Of a DNA stretch of 64,000 nt, positions 28,140-39,392 are shown piece by piece. The notes below the pieces were generated by a model that was not told the origin of the DNA, did no database searches, and was given only the letters and a program-made list of their open reading frames with translations. Source of the stretch: Rebecca billardiae RCC1528 (lineage: Eukaryota > Protista > Haptophyta); NCBI GenBank assembly GCA_965240325.2, contig OZ251223.1:3906001-3970000 (forward strand). Reading direction: 5' to 3'. Position 1 is the stretch's first letter. Every line of letters starts with the position of its first letter. A program made the position numbers and the translations under genes.

Positions 28140-28292
28140 TTAAGAGACGCACACAGCTCAGGCAAGTACTTCAGTTTACTAAGAATAAGAGACGCACACA
28201 GCTCAGGCAGGCGAGATTCAGTACACATCTGGTTGTAAAGTAGACGCACACAGCTCAGGCAAGTACTTCAGTACACATCTGGTTGTAAAGTT
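28140..28292 (+). repeat. Tandem partial copies of dispersed repeat CAGTTTACTAAGAATAAGAGACGCACACAGCTCAGGC
   Basis: Same motif near 27300, and at 40221-40268 (reverse), 40493-40540 and 56974-57021 (reverse). Confidence 0.75.
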
Positions 28293-28434
28293 TGGTAGTA
28301 GAGTACCAGTACGAAGTATATCTTAGTAGTGAACTGCTGACACTATAGTGAAACACTCACGGTCCGACCGCCGGCATGGGACGGGCCAGTGTCCCCAAAG
28401 CCCTGGCGCGCTCGCCAGGCGGAGCCGGTGACAC

Positions 28435-29889
28435 TCATAGTTGCAAGAGATCCGTGTTGCCCAACACGCTCTGCATGAGGGTCGCGAATTCGCCGGCGAG
28501 GCCCGGGCGGTAGTGCGAGAGCCGCTCGCGCAGGATGTTGCATTGAAAAATCAGCTTGCGCAAGTTGTCGCCTCCCAGCACCCGGTGCGGCTGTCCGCGC
28601 GCTCCCAGGTCCGTGGTCGCGGGGAGGAAGGGTGCTCGTCCACTGAAGTGTGAGGGCAGCAGGGAGCCCTGCTCCCACTCGCGCTTCACCTGCGCACGCG
28701 GCGCGCCACCGCAGGAGTGGGGACGGGGTGAGAGGAGGTGGGCGCAAGCGGGTGCGCAGCACACGTTCTGTGGCGCGCGAGTGCGCCCACCTTTTGCATT
28801 CCCTGCTTGCTGTCGAGCGCGTTCTTCATAGGCACAAGCTCGTACTTGCGCAGCGTGCGCTCGATGCTGTCCTTGAGCGCCTTCAGGAATGACGAGTGGA
28901 AGGTGAGCCACTGGCCCGTCGTGAAGTCGCAGCCCATGAGCGTGGTCGGACGGCCAAAGACATTGAGCCGCGCGCCGACGTGCAGGTCCCACGCCTGCGC
29001 GCGCGGCGAGGCGGGACGCTCCGCGATCAGGCACGGCAGAGCGCGCGCGCGACAGACGGGACAGCGAGGGCCGCCGCCTCCTCTCCGGCGCACACTCGCG
29101 CACCTGCAAGTACGGCAGCTCCAGAGAGGACGCGTGCTGGTTGTCCGAGAGCTTCTCGTGCAGGTGGCACTCGAGCACCTTGGTATCCTGGCGGATGGTC
29201 TGCAAGAACTCCGTCTTTTCGTGGTTGTACAGCAGGTGCGACGAGAGCATGTGCACCTCCTTGTCGAGGGTGATGCGGAAGCGGTCGGTGGCGAGGTCGA
29301 TTGCAATGTCACAGACGCGCTTGGTGCCGCGCTCCTCCCACCATGACGAGAAGGTGAGGTACGCGCAGTCCGGCTTGGGGGTCTTGGGTATCTGCACCTT
29401 GAGCTTGCGGGCGAGTGCCAGCACAGGAACACCCCGCCCCGCGGCCTCGAAGCTCGTGTCGCTCTCCTGCTCATGCTGAGCCGAGTCCAGGCGGGCCATG
29501 CTGTCGATGGCACTCGCGTCGCCCGCCGAGTCGAGTCGCGCGGTGCTGTCGGCAGCACTCGCGTCGCCCACGGCCGAGCTCTGGCGAGCGGTGCTATCGG
29601 CAGCGTCCGCATCGCCATCATCGCCGCCTGTGTCTGCAGCAGACTCGGCAGGCTCCGCGGGCTGCATCTGCGCAGGCCCCCCCTCAGGCATGTCCGCCGC
29701 CGATGGCGTCGTCACCACCGCCTCTGCAGCCTCCGAGCCCTGCTCTGCCTCGGCAGCGTCGGCTTCGATCTCATTTGAGGCCACCGCTGGGTCCGCGTCC
29801 GAGGCGGGCTCAGCCGCCGCGGCCGCCGGCGCTCCGGGCGGCGCCTCCTCGTCGCCCGGCTGTTGCGGCTGCTCCGAATCGTCCGCCAT
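28435..29889 (-). CDS. DM10 (DUF1126)-like domain protein, probably axonemal (~414 aa)
   Basis: Exons 29889-29104, 28994-28791 and 28689-28435 are in phase. WDLHVGARLNVFGRPTTLMGCDFTT matches the DM10 C-terminal pattern. Acidic disordered N-terminus. Confidence 0.7.
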   Translation of the reverse strand: MADDSEQPQQPGDEEAPPGAPAAAAAEPASDADPAVASNEIEADAAEAEQGSEAAEAVVTTPSAADMPEGGPAQMQPAEPAESAADTGGDDGDADAADSTARQSSAVGDASAADSTARLDSAGDASAIDSMARLDSAQHEQESDTSFEAAGRGVPVLALARKLKVQIPKTPKPDCAYLTFSSWWEERGTKRVCDIAIDLATDRFRITLDKEVHMLSSHLLYNHEKTEFLQTIRQDTKVLECHLHEKLSDNQHASSLELPYLQVRECAPERRRRPSLSRLSRARSAVPDRGASRLAARAGVGPARRRAAQCLWPSDHAHGLRLHDGPVAHLPLVIPEGAQGQHRAHAAQVRACAYEERARQQAGNAKGGRTRAPQNVCCAPACAHLLSPRPHSCGGAPRAQVKREWEQGSLLPSHFSGRAPFLPATTDLGARGQPHRVLGGDNLRKLIFQCNILRERLSHYRPGLAGEFATLMQSVLGNTDLLQL

Positions 29890-30043
29890 CGTTTCGAAAC
29901 CGAAACAGTCTGGTAGCGGCTGGTCCGGCCGCGGGCCTGTTTGGAGGTTGCAGGTCGCACCTCTCAAAAGCCAACCATCGTTACAAGCAAGCCGCTTGCT
30001 GCCCCCACGCGCCAGCAGGCAAGGAGGAGAGGGCGCGGAGGCC

Positions 30044-31392
30044 ATGGCGGAAGTCGCGTACCAGCACGAGGAGGCGCCGCGGTCGGTTGCGGCGCATCGT
30101 GGCACAAAGAGCAAGTACCGGCCGCCGCCGCAGGAGGAGCAGTTTGGCAATAGCTTGGTCGCGCCCGCGAACATCATGTTCGACCGGCGCGTTGTGCGCG
30201 GCAACACATACGCCGCACAGATCATCCCACCGGTACGGGCACCGGGGCACGTGCAGCGCGAGTCGAAGGCGAGCTTCAGCCCGCCCCGCGCTTCGCCCCC
30301 CTCGCCTGAGCCCGATCTCTCCTCCCCACCCTGCGCGCGCGCTTGGTTGGGTGCGCAGGCTATGCAGGCGGAGATGCAGACGCGAATGGCACTGGGCAAG
30401 CCGGTGAAGAAGGCGAAGAAGCCGGCGATGAGCGACATGCCGAGAGAGGATGTGCCTCCAGTGGACAACAGGAAGCACATGGACATCCAGACCGAGGCGT
30501 ACCTCGAGGAGCTGACCGATCGCGTCGTCGAGGCCGACATGGACACGCAGACGGACGCCTTCCTCGACCGCCCGGCCGCGCCGATGTTCGTGCCGATGAA
30601 GACGGGGCTGGACGCGGAGACGCAGATCTACGAGGGCGACCTGTTCGACTTCGACGTCGAGGTCGACCCGATCCTCGAGGTGCTCGTCGGCAAGACGCTC
30701 GAGCAGTCGATGCTCGAGGTGATGGAGGAGGAGGAGCTGGCGGCGATGAAGGAGCACCAGGACCACTTTGAGCAGATCCGCAACGTCGAGCTGGCGGAGA
30801 CGCAGCGGATGGAGGAGGCGGAGAAGCGGCGGTTCGAGGAGAAGGAGCGGCGCATGGCGCAGGAAGAGGCGCGCGTTCAGCGCGAGCGGCAGGTCGCGGA
30901 GAAGGTGGCGGCGCACACCTTCACCAAAGGGTACTTGCAAGGGCTGCACTCGGCGGTGTTCCAGAACTTGCACGAGAGCGGCTTCTTCTACAACCCGCTC
31001 GAGCGCGAGGTCACCACCGAGTTCCTGCCGTGGCTCATGGCGGACGTGCAGGAGCGCGTCGCGCGCATCGAAACGGCGCGCGCGCTCGCCGACGACCTCA
31101 TCGGCGCCGTGGTCGCACGCCAGCAGGTGCTGCTCGACGAGGCGGCGGCGATGCGCGCGACGGTGGACGGCCAGCACGCGGCCGCGCAGAAGGAGGCGGC
31201 AGAGAAGGCGGCGGCGGAGGCGGCAGCGGCGGCGGCAGCAGCTGCAGGTGTGCGCCGGCGCGCGCCCTCGCCGCGCGCGCGCCCACGTTGCCAGCCACGC
31301 GTGAGCTCACACCCGGCACGCCCTTGCCCTCGCCGTTGCGTGTGCCTGCGCGCGCAGAAGCAGCGCCCACATCTGATGAGCCAGCGGAGTAG
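30044..31392 (+). CDS. RSP3: Flagellar radial spoke protein 3
   Basis: NIMFDRRVVRGNTYA, RKHMDIQTEAYLEELTDR, QTDAFLDRP, GDLFDFDVEVDPILEVLVGKTLEQS. Introns 30233-30358 and ~31248-31357. Confidence 0.97.
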
Positions 31393-31755
31393 GCTCGCGC
31401 GCAGACGGAGCTGCTCATCGCGCCGAGACCAATGCCGCGGCACGGCCGCGCTCGGCGCGTGTCGCAGAGCGATGGGACCACTAAGGCGCCCGACCCGCCT
31501 ATCTGGCAAGACGCGATCATCCTACTCGCAAGCGGGTTGTGCGGCGATTTGTGACTCGTTATTCACGTTGACCTGGCACCTGCCCCGCCGGTGCCCGCTG
31601 CCCGCCTGCCCGGTGACCCGCTGGGCGCTCGGGGCCCTCGGCCGGAGCCCGGAGGCTGACTCGGTCCGGAGGCCGTCGGACCCGGTGGTGGTGTGATGAC
31701 GTCGCAGTCGTCCGACAGCCGCGTTTATTATTGCCCGTTAAAATCGTTAATCCGC

Positions 31756-31790
31756 GAGAGAGAGAGAGAGAGAGAGAGACGGAGAGAGAT
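31756..31790. repeat. (GA)n microsatellite
   Basis: Direct reading. Confidence 0.85.
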
Positions 31791-32736
31791 CTCGCCCGTT
31801 GATCGGATACGGGAGTCGGGATCAGTACGCCGGGCCGCTACTGATGAGTGATGAGCCTAATTAATCAGCGTAGGCAGTTTGCCATTTGCCTTTGGCAGGC
31901 CTAATTTAGTAATTATTCCGCCGAGTAATGTGTCTATAATTTGACGAAAAAATGGAAATTGATGATGACTGTAGTGTAGCTAAGTTAGCCGATGAAATCA
32001 TACTTATTATTAATAGTCACATTGTAGTCCGAGTACTGGCTACGGACTCACGGCTTCAGCCGTACCTGACTACCCGAGGGCCCCAGTCGTCCGAGACTGA
32101 GCAGTCGCAGACTTGAGATCGGTAAGCTTTATAATAATTATGGCGCACGGCCCCCCCGAAAGGTCTGAGCGTGAGCGAAAGCCGGGGGGGGGGGGGGCGC
32201 ACGTGCTCCGCAAAATTAATCAAAAAAGATAATGGCGCGCGTGATGCTGGTGGGGATTTTGTACTTGTAGCAGGGGGAGAGCTGCTACTAGTGAATGGCA
32301 TTCAACCCCCTTGATGACGCTTGATTGCGTTCGTACTATCCGATTCCCCTGCTCGTATTAATCTCTTTGTGCAGGCATAGATACTAATAGGACAATTCCC
32401 TCGCTGAATAGCACAAATGGCCATGGCCTTCTTGGCCCAATGCGGGTGGGATTCGAAATCTCTATCTGCGAGGATTAAGAGCTCTCTGATGAAAGAAGTG
32501 TGGTGAGTGTGTCCTAGACAGCCTGAGCGGAAAGGGCAATAATTGCGATTGTCATTCATCAAGATTCCTCACCCCTTATTGCAAACTGATTCCGAAGCCA
32601 ATGCGGGTGTGATCGACGCGTTGTGCTCTATAAGAGCTCGTCTCGATCATTACAGTATTGCTACAAAAGGCGCTGCTGCCTTGGCCACTCAAAGAAATAG
32701 AGGGGGTAGAACCGAAAGCTCACCTCCCGGACTGAA

Positions 32737-34422
32737 ATGACCGGGCTTCAGAGTCCGGACGGCTTGCCCCAGCTCCGCGCCGCCGCACTTGGCAAAGACT
32801 GGCGTCGTCCGCCCCTGATCCCCGCAGCCATGCTCACCGATGCCGCACGGGCGGAGCTCGTCGCCGTATTCCAGGCGAAGAGCGCCGAGTGGGAGAAGAG
32901 GAAGACGAAGGGGAACGCCAACGGCTTGCCGCAGATCGACCGCGTGCTGGAGCTGAAGCTCATCAAGGTGCGGCACAAGCTCAGCCAGCGGCAGATCGCC
33001 CTCGCGTACAAGCGCTACCTCGATCCGCCCCAGCGTGTGAAGCTGGCGCCGGTGAGCGGCTTCGTCGAGTCGACGCTGAAGCAGCTAGGCGACAGGTCGC
33101 TCATCGTCAAGCGCGCCGTCGAGTTCTGCCGGACGAGTTCTCATGCGGCGATGTTGATGGGTGATCCCACGCCAGCCCGCTTCGACAAGCTGGCCTCGGC
33201 GCTCGGGGACGAGCTCGAGGAGCGCGTGCGGGCCATGGTCGACGTGATGGCGACTCACCGCGCGAAGTCAACCACGGCGATCGGCAACGTGCGCTCGGCC
33301 TTCCACTCGGAGCTGCGTGAGACACGACAGGCGTTTATCCAGGAGCACGCGGCGCGCGCAGAGGAGGCGATCCGGAGCTTGTCAGCTGTGAACGCTCGGC
33401 CCATGTTGCACGTCGCGCTCCTGGACGAGCTGGACGAGGCGCTCTTCGCGGCCACGTGCGAAAAGCTCGCCGCCCACCCACCCGTCCAGGTGCCACCGAC
33501 CTGCTCGCCGGATGTGAAGGACCTCCGCGCCCAGCTCCTGTACTACCTCACCGGCTGGCTCATGCGCAAGGTGCAGGCTGCCGCTTGCCACGGTACCAAG
33601 GCGCTCCTGGAAGCGGGGCCCTTTTGGCTCGCGTGGCTCAAGGCGAACGGGCTCGCGAGCAGCGATGTCGTGTCCCTCTGGGATCTGCCGTCGGTGCGTA
33701 CGCTCAGGCGCAACGTGCACGACTCTGCCCTCTACCTCCCACGCAAGGAGCTATTCATGCTCGTGTGGAGGATGGAGGAGCACGTCGTCGCCGTCCTCAC
33801 TCGGGACCACATCGCACTCGTCAGGGGCGACATCATGCTCGAGGCGTCCAAGCTCATCCTGGCTAGTGCGGAGTGCGCAGCGCTCTTCGCTGCCACGCTG
33901 CCCGACCCCAAGCCTGCCGAGGCGGAGCAGCTGGCCCTCTTCGAGTTCCTCGTGGACAAGTACATGCGCGTGCGCGGCCCGAACTGTGCACGCACGGCTC
34001 TCGATCACATGTTCACGTCGCTCACCGTGGAGAGCCAGCGGGCCAACCTGCGCACCAAGCTCGCTACGGTCGCGGCGAAGTCGCCCGGCGCCCAGCTCAG
34101 CGTGCCGGCGCCCGAGGCGATGCTGACGCATCGTGAGTCGCTTGCCAAGGCGATTGCGCTTGGAGACGTCGACGAGGCTGATGGCGAAGGGCAGTCAGCA
34201 GAGGAGGTGAAGGCTGATGAGCGCATGGTGGACTCGTTCTTCGCAGACATCGAGAGCGAGCAGCAGCGCTGCCTGCTCGACGACGAGGTCAATGACGGTG
34301 CTGATGTCGAGCACCTCAACTTGATCACGAAGGGCGTGCAGGCGTGCTTCGGCAATGCAGCCAGCGCGGGCGGCAGTGCAGACCCCTTTGCTGTGAGCGG
34401 CGATCATGCTGACGACGAGTGA
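32737..34422 (+). CDS. 561-aa transposon-encoded protein with motifs like the P/THAP9 transposase C-terminal region
   Basis: Intact intronless ORF starting 16 bp inside the TIR. LLYYLTGWLMRKV, LYLPRKELFMLV and FLVDKYMRVR recall the YIAGY..K / GLxxPS / YxxxR series. No DDE core seen. Confidence 0.7.
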   Translation: MTGLQSPDGLPQLRAAALGKDWRRPPLIPAAMLTDAARAELVAVFQAKSAEWEKRKTKGNANGLPQIDRVLELKLIKVRHKLSQRQIALAYKRYLDPPQRVKLAPVSGFVESTLKQLGDRSLIVKRAVEFCRTSSHAAMLMGDPTPARFDKLASALGDELEERVRAMVDVMATHRAKSTTAIGNVRSAFHSELRETRQAFIQEHAARAEEAIRSLSAVNARPMLHVALLDELDEALFAATCEKLAAHPPVQVPPTCSPDVKDLRAQLLYYLTGWLMRKVQAAACHGTKALLEAGPFWLAWLKANGLASSDVVSLWDLPSVRTLRRNVHDSALYLPRKELFMLVWRMEEHVVAVLTRDHIALVRGDIMLEASKLILASAECAALFAATLPDPKPAEAEQLALFEFLVDKYMRVRGPNCARTALDHMFTSLTVESQRANLRTKLATVAAKSPGAQLSVPAPEAMLTHRESLAKAIALGDVDEADGEGQSAEEVKADERMVDSFFADIESEQQRCLLDDEVNDGADVEHLNLITKGVQACFGNAASAGGSADPFAVSGDHADDE

Positions 34423-34684
34423 CTTCGACTACGATGTATCATCAATGATTGTCAGTTAGCGCGTCATCGATGATATATATATCGTCACGTGTCATCATAT
34501 CAGTAGTCACAGATATATTATATATACATATAGGTGAGCAGCGCGCCACGGCGCCGGGCACTGCTGTGTCTGTATGACTCGGGGCAGTGACACTGTCACT
34601 GTGAGTCCTGCTACTGCTAGTAGCAGCGCTCGCCGCCGGATTACTGTATGTAATTTACGTACGTACTTATTACATAGCAGATTA

Positions 34685-35689
34685 TTACGCGACTATACGT
34701 ATCCTCATCCTGTCGGCGCGCTGTTGCATCGGCGCCCAGTCGGCGAGTTCGGAGGACGACGTTTTGTGGCGGACGACGGTGGGGCGAGGACGACGGGCGC
34801 TGGCGCGCCGCGAGGCGGCCGCAGCCCTCATCCATCCTGGAGGCGGTGCCTCCGGAGCAGGGGGCGGCGGGGCGGGAGGCGCGAGTTGGTGCCCGACGCC
34901 GAGCTTTCGTTCGAGAAGCGCATACGCGCTCACGAGCCCGCCGCCCGCGTCTCGCCGGTCATTCACGCGCAACGGCTTGTGTGCGAGGATGAGGCCGAGT
35001 GTTCTCGCCCGAGGCTCGAGCTCCGTGCCGTGCGCGCCGTCCGACGAATCGAGCGACACGCCCACCGTGGGCGCGACAGACCGCAGCACCTCGGCGAACT
35101 CGTCGCGTGCGAGCAATGCAGCGAGCGCGCGCTTCTCGACAGCCCCATCCTCGTAGAGGGGCGCCAACAACTGCTCGAGCTGGAAAACAGGAGCCGGTGG
35201 GCATAGATAGCTCGGCTGCCCGGCCGGCTTCACGTAGTACACCATCCGTCCGTCTACGACACCGGGGACATGCCGCGCTCGGTCTTTGATGATGTCGTGG
35301 GGCGTGCCGTTGCCCGTCAGGTGCTCCGCCAGCGCCTTTGCCATGTTGATATCCCCAACCCACCAGTTCGCCGCCAACCTGTAGTGCGCACGAAACGAGG
35401 GCGGTTCGGGGGCGCCAAAACGGGTGAGATTCGTGTCCCTCAAGGTTCGAGCGGTGGGTAAGCACACTGCCCCGCTGGCTCCATACTTTAGGGACACGAA
35501 ATTACGCGCAGTATCTCTGTGTTGGGCAGTCGCGCGCCACGCGGGCAAGTTTGGGGCTCGACGCTCAGGCCCGGTCGCGGGCGCACCTGGAGACACCATC
35601 GCCGGCGCCGCTCGCGTCGTCGGTTTGGTCGGTGGAGTTTCTGCGTGGTCGCATGGCTTCAAGCCCCGGGCTGCACGTCGGGCGTGCAC
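34685..35689 (-). pseudogene. Convergent second ORF of the P-like element, probably a deleted transposase remnant
   Basis: ARNFVSLKYGASGAVCLPTARTLRD resembles the AYxxLR...LPSxRTLR motif of P transposases. Protein-like only from about 35530 to 34880. Confidence 0.45.
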
Positions 35690-37506
35690 TGCACGAGCCG
35701 AGAGTCAGCGCGGCTGCGACGAGGTGCAGGGCGAGGAGCAACCAGGGCATCTCCGCGCCTGAGGGCGTGACGAAGCTGAAGCCCGGTGTTCCGGAGCGAG
35801 CAGTCTGAAACCATATTAATCGGGAGAGCTTTCGGTTCTACCCCCTCTATTTCTTTGGGCCACTGGCCACGCAAACTCGACGCGGGCTCGCGAACAGGCG
35901 GGCACTGCACGCGATCGTTCAATCCGACAAGACTCAGCGCAGGTGCGCGCAGATCTGCGGCGGGTCCCAACGGCCGTCGGCATCGCATTCGTGCCTCGTT
36001 CACCCCGCGCGCCCCGCCCTGCCATGCCTCTTCGGCCCAGTGCGTTTTCCAACCGAGCACGTCGTCACTCGGTCGCACGAACGCGGCCGTTGTTGACCGG
36101 CTCGTAGCTGACCATTCGCGCGCCCGCGCGCGCCACGCCGCACGCCGCGCAGCTGAGGCTCTCGGCATGTTCAGAAGTCGCTCGCCCAACCCTCACCGCT
36201 CACGCTCGCGCCGTCCATGACCATGGCCGAGCTGTGATGACTGAGCCGCGTGCGGCGTGCTGACGGCTGCGCATGGCGGCGCGGCAAGCAGCGCGCGCAG
36301 ATCTGCGGGCGACGCCGACGAGGCAGCGAGGCTGGCCGCTGGGCGAGTCCTCGCAGCACGAGCTGGACCGCGCACATCTATCTATTTTGCTCGCGACAGA
36401 GGCTGGGCGAGTCCTCGCAGCACGAGCTGGACCGCGCACATCTGTTTTGCTCTCGTCCGCCGGTCTCGAGTCACCATCCACGGCTTGACTGGCGCATGGG
36501 CGGGCGTTTGGCGCGCGAGCCGCGCGCTTCTAGGACCGTGAGGAGGGGCTCTGGCGCTCACTCGACGGATGCCTGACCGTGCCTGACACGAGAGCCACAG
36601 GCTTAGATCTGCGAGCGGCGAGCCCGCGATGATGGCGAGTTGGCATATGCTACGGGCGACGCCGTGCTCCCCTCTCGCCCGTGCTCGCAGTAGTCCTTGC
36701 GCTCCGGGCCGTCGGCCGACAGCACCCGCGGCGGCACCGACGCGCACAGCCATGCAGCGGCCCTCGCACCGAGTGCATCGACGCGGCGGCGAGGCTGACA
36801 GACAAAGGCGTGCAAGGAGCGGCTACTGCGGCTGCGGGAGGTCGTAGATAGACAGGCTCGAGCCGCGGCTGCTCGCGACGCTCTTCCCCGCAGCGAGCTC
36901 GTCCGACGCTGCGCCGATCCCGCCGAGCGCGCGAGGCTGTGCGAGACTGAGACGGGCCGGAGCTGCCGAGCGCGATCTCCGCGCTGCGCGCGGCCACAGA
37001 CAACAGGGCTGCCCGATGCGCACCGGGCGGAGGCGCTGCGGCTGCTGCGCGTCGAGTTCGACAGGCGGCGCAGCCCCGCGAGGCCCGGGCCGTCGACCGC
37101 GTCGATTACTCGCGCCCGCGCCTCCTGGCCCTGCACGGCGACGCGCCGGGCGCGCGCATCGTGATTCGGTGAAGAACGCGCGACGACTATTGCATACCAG
37201 TAGGGCCGTGCGCCCTCAACTTCGTTGTTTACTACCCGAAGATCGGCGTAGCCGATCATATTATATATATATATAATTATTATTATAAAAAATTGAACGT
37301 AAGTGATGCGGCGCGGCCTCCGTCATCCGCCTGCCGCGGAGCCGTGCTCACTCACCGTCTTAGGTCTACTGTGTCAGCCCTCTGCCCTCACTCAGTACTG
37401 CACTCTTCGAGCGCGGAGGTAAAGGCGGCCAGTCGGCCCGACGTAACTCAGTTCTGCACTGTGTGAATCAGAATGAACTATACTCCTGTAGTGACCGTGC
37501 CGAGGC

Positions 37507-39219
37507 TCAATGGAGCGGGTGCGGCGCTGTCGACTTGGTCTGCCGCCCACGCATCCGCACCATCCGCTCGCTCTTCTTCTCTCCGCGTTCCGCCAGGCAC
37601 GAGAGTGGCGTCTCCTTGACGGGGTAAAGCGGCCCGGACGGGCACGGGGTCACAAACTCCGGGCCACCCTGCTCGGCTGGCTTGGTCAGCGCCTCGCACC
37701 GGCCGGGACGGTCGATCTCGACGATGACCACGTTCCGCGCGTTTGCCCCGGTCAAGGTGCCCATGTGCAGCGAGTTCGTGTCGAAGAGGAAGCCGCCGCC
37801 ACGCGGGCCCGCCATCGGCACTGGCTCGTGGTGAGAGCGCACCCAGTGGTCGTCGAACCGAGTGTCCAGCATTGTCAACTCCGAGTACCACACACTGTTG
37901 TGCGTGCCGCGGGCGACGACGGTGGGCCGCCCCTCGACCGCGTCGACGTCGTTGAGGAAGATGAAGAGCTTGAGGCGCCGTCCAGCGCGGTCGTGGTGCC
38001 ACAACGACGAGATGTACCGCCGAGCGTTGTTCAAGTTCTCGGTCAGGCGCAGCGCAACGTAGCCGAGGGAACACACGCCGCCCGAGCCACCGCCTGCGCT
38101 CGCGTTCGCGGCGGCAGAAGCGCCTGGATACGCCGCATCCGCACCGGCGTCGGCACCGAGCTCGAGCGGCGGACCCATGTACGCGCGCACGGCGCGCAAC
38201 AGGCCCTCGTCCGAGAGCACCGGGCGGATGAGCGCCTCGAGCTCCGCAGAGTGCGCTCGCACGACAGTGCCGCCGTCGCGCGCAGCCGCCGCGTCGAGCG
38301 CGTGCATGCCAGCCTTTGTGATAGCCTCGACGTCGAGCCCACGCCAGCGGTCGACGAGCACAAAGCCATCGCGCGAGAGCGGCTCGTAGAGAGCGCGCGC
38401 GGCTGTCGCCGCCTGCCCCGCGCCGAGCACCGCGGCCAGCGCCGCCGGCGGCGGGTGCGCGATGGGCACGTCGAGCTGCCAGTACCGCTTGGCGAGAGCA
38501 GCCCGGGGGATTTTCGTCACAGCGTCGTGCTTCGTCACGTACGGCAGCATCGGAAGGTGCTCGCCCGCGTCGCGCAGGGCTTGGTCCCAGTCGACGTCGT
38601 GGAAGAAGGCCTCCCGCACGGCGCGCAGCACGGGGCTCTCCACAACTGCCTCCGCGACCGCGTGGAAGGCGGCACGGCTGCTGCCACCGCCATGCACCGT
38701 GCGAGCAAGCACGGCCGCCCGGTCCGCCGCCAGCATGGCACTTGGGTCGATACCGAGCGGGCCGACCACGACACCGAGGGAGGCCGCCTCGCGAAGGAGC
38801 GTGGCCGCGCTCTCGTTCGTCCGCAGCCGCTCGCACAGCGCGCGCTGCCTCGCAGCATACACGTCCCGCATCACCGAGGCGCCATCCGCCTGGCCCTCGC
38901 CGGGCGCCCACCGGAAGTGCGAGAACGCGGCCGCGCTCTCGCGGCGGAAGGGCGTCGCAAAGCCGATCGGCGCGGCGTTCGGGCCGAGCTCGCACGTGAC
39001 TGACGCGTCGGGGAAGGGCCCCGAGCGCGACGGTCGCACCAGGGCGTGCCACGCAGCCGCACCCGCGAACGCGAGCGTCACTACGCCACCGAGCACAGCG
39101 AGCTTAGTCCACAGGCGGTGACTCAGAGGCGGGGGCGCGATGGCATTGTCGTCGGCCTCGATGTCGTCATCAGACAAAGCGAGCTCGTCGACCGGGAGGG
39201 CCTTGGCGTACGTGGACAT
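37507..39219 (-). CDS. Membrane-anchored phytanoyl-CoA dioxygenase (PhyH)-like 2OG-Fe(II) enzyme
   Basis: WHHD, LKLFIFLNDV, RGTH, FLFDTNSLHMG and a distal R. TM segment LAVLGGVVTLAFAGAAAW near the N-terminus. Confidence 0.8.
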   Translation of the reverse strand: MSTYAKALPVDELALSDDDIEADDNAIAPPPLSHRLWTKLAVLGGVVTLAFAGAAAWHALVRPSRSGPFPDASVTCELGPNAAPIGFATPFRRESAAAFSHFRWAPGEGQADGASVMRDVYAARQRALCERLRTNESAATLLREAASLGVVVGPLGIDPSAMLAADRAAVLARTVHGGGSSRAAFHAVAEAVVESPVLRAVREAFFHDVDWDQALRDAGEHLPMLPYVTKHDAVTKIPRAALAKRYWQLDVPIAHPPPAALAAVLGAGQAATAARALYEPLSRDGFVLVDRWRGLDVEAITKAGMHALDAAAARDGGTVVRAHSAELEALIRPVLSDEGLLRAVRAYMGPPLELGADAGADAAYPGASAAANASAGGGSGGVCSLGYVALRLTENLNNARRYISSLWHHDRAGRRLKLFIFLNDVDAVEGRPTVVARGTHNSVWYSELTMLDTRFDDHWVRSHHEPVPMAGPRGGGFLFDTNSLHMGTLTGANARNVVIVEIDRPGRCEALTKPAEQGGPEFVTPCPSGPLYPVKETPLSCLAERGEKKSERMVRMRGRQTKSTAPHPLH

Positions 39220-39392
39220 CGGCCCCTGGCTCAAGCCTCGAGAGGCGCCGCGGTTGGGCGGAATCTTTCTTGCAAACGTCCCTGGCAAGCCCTTGGTCCC
39301 TGGGCACTGGTTCCTTACTGGTACGGTCAACGTCTACCTTCCGGAAAGCGAGCGCGGCCCTCATTGGCCAACCAAGGGCGGTAGGCGGTACG

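Larger units (their letters stand above)
32690..35857. mobile_element. P-superfamily-like TIR transposon (3.17 kb)
   Basis: Perfect 32-bp TIRs CAAAGAAATAGAGGGGGTAGAACCGAAAGCTC; 7-bp TSD GGCCACT (32683-32689 and 35858-35864). Confidence 0.88.
32141..37258 (+). mobile_element. Family H2 copy 2 (Helitron2/Helentron-like), containing a nested P-like element
   Basis: A|TGGCGCACGGCCC; GGGCCGTGCGCC 37203-37214; hairpin 37241-37257, then A|T. The first ~500 bp are homologous to 2894-3450. Confidence 0.8.

Noticed and set aside
28140-28290. TAAGAGAC and TACACATCT words resembling the Nextera/Tn5 mosaic end
   Set aside because: They are not contiguous as CTGTCTCTTATACACATCT. They belong to a dispersed genomic repeat present at several loci.
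28435-31696. Apparent overlapping 703-aa and 732-aa bidirectional ORFs
   Set aside because: The real starts at 29889 and 30044 give a non-overlapping divergent pair; the extensions are stop-free GC-rich sequence.
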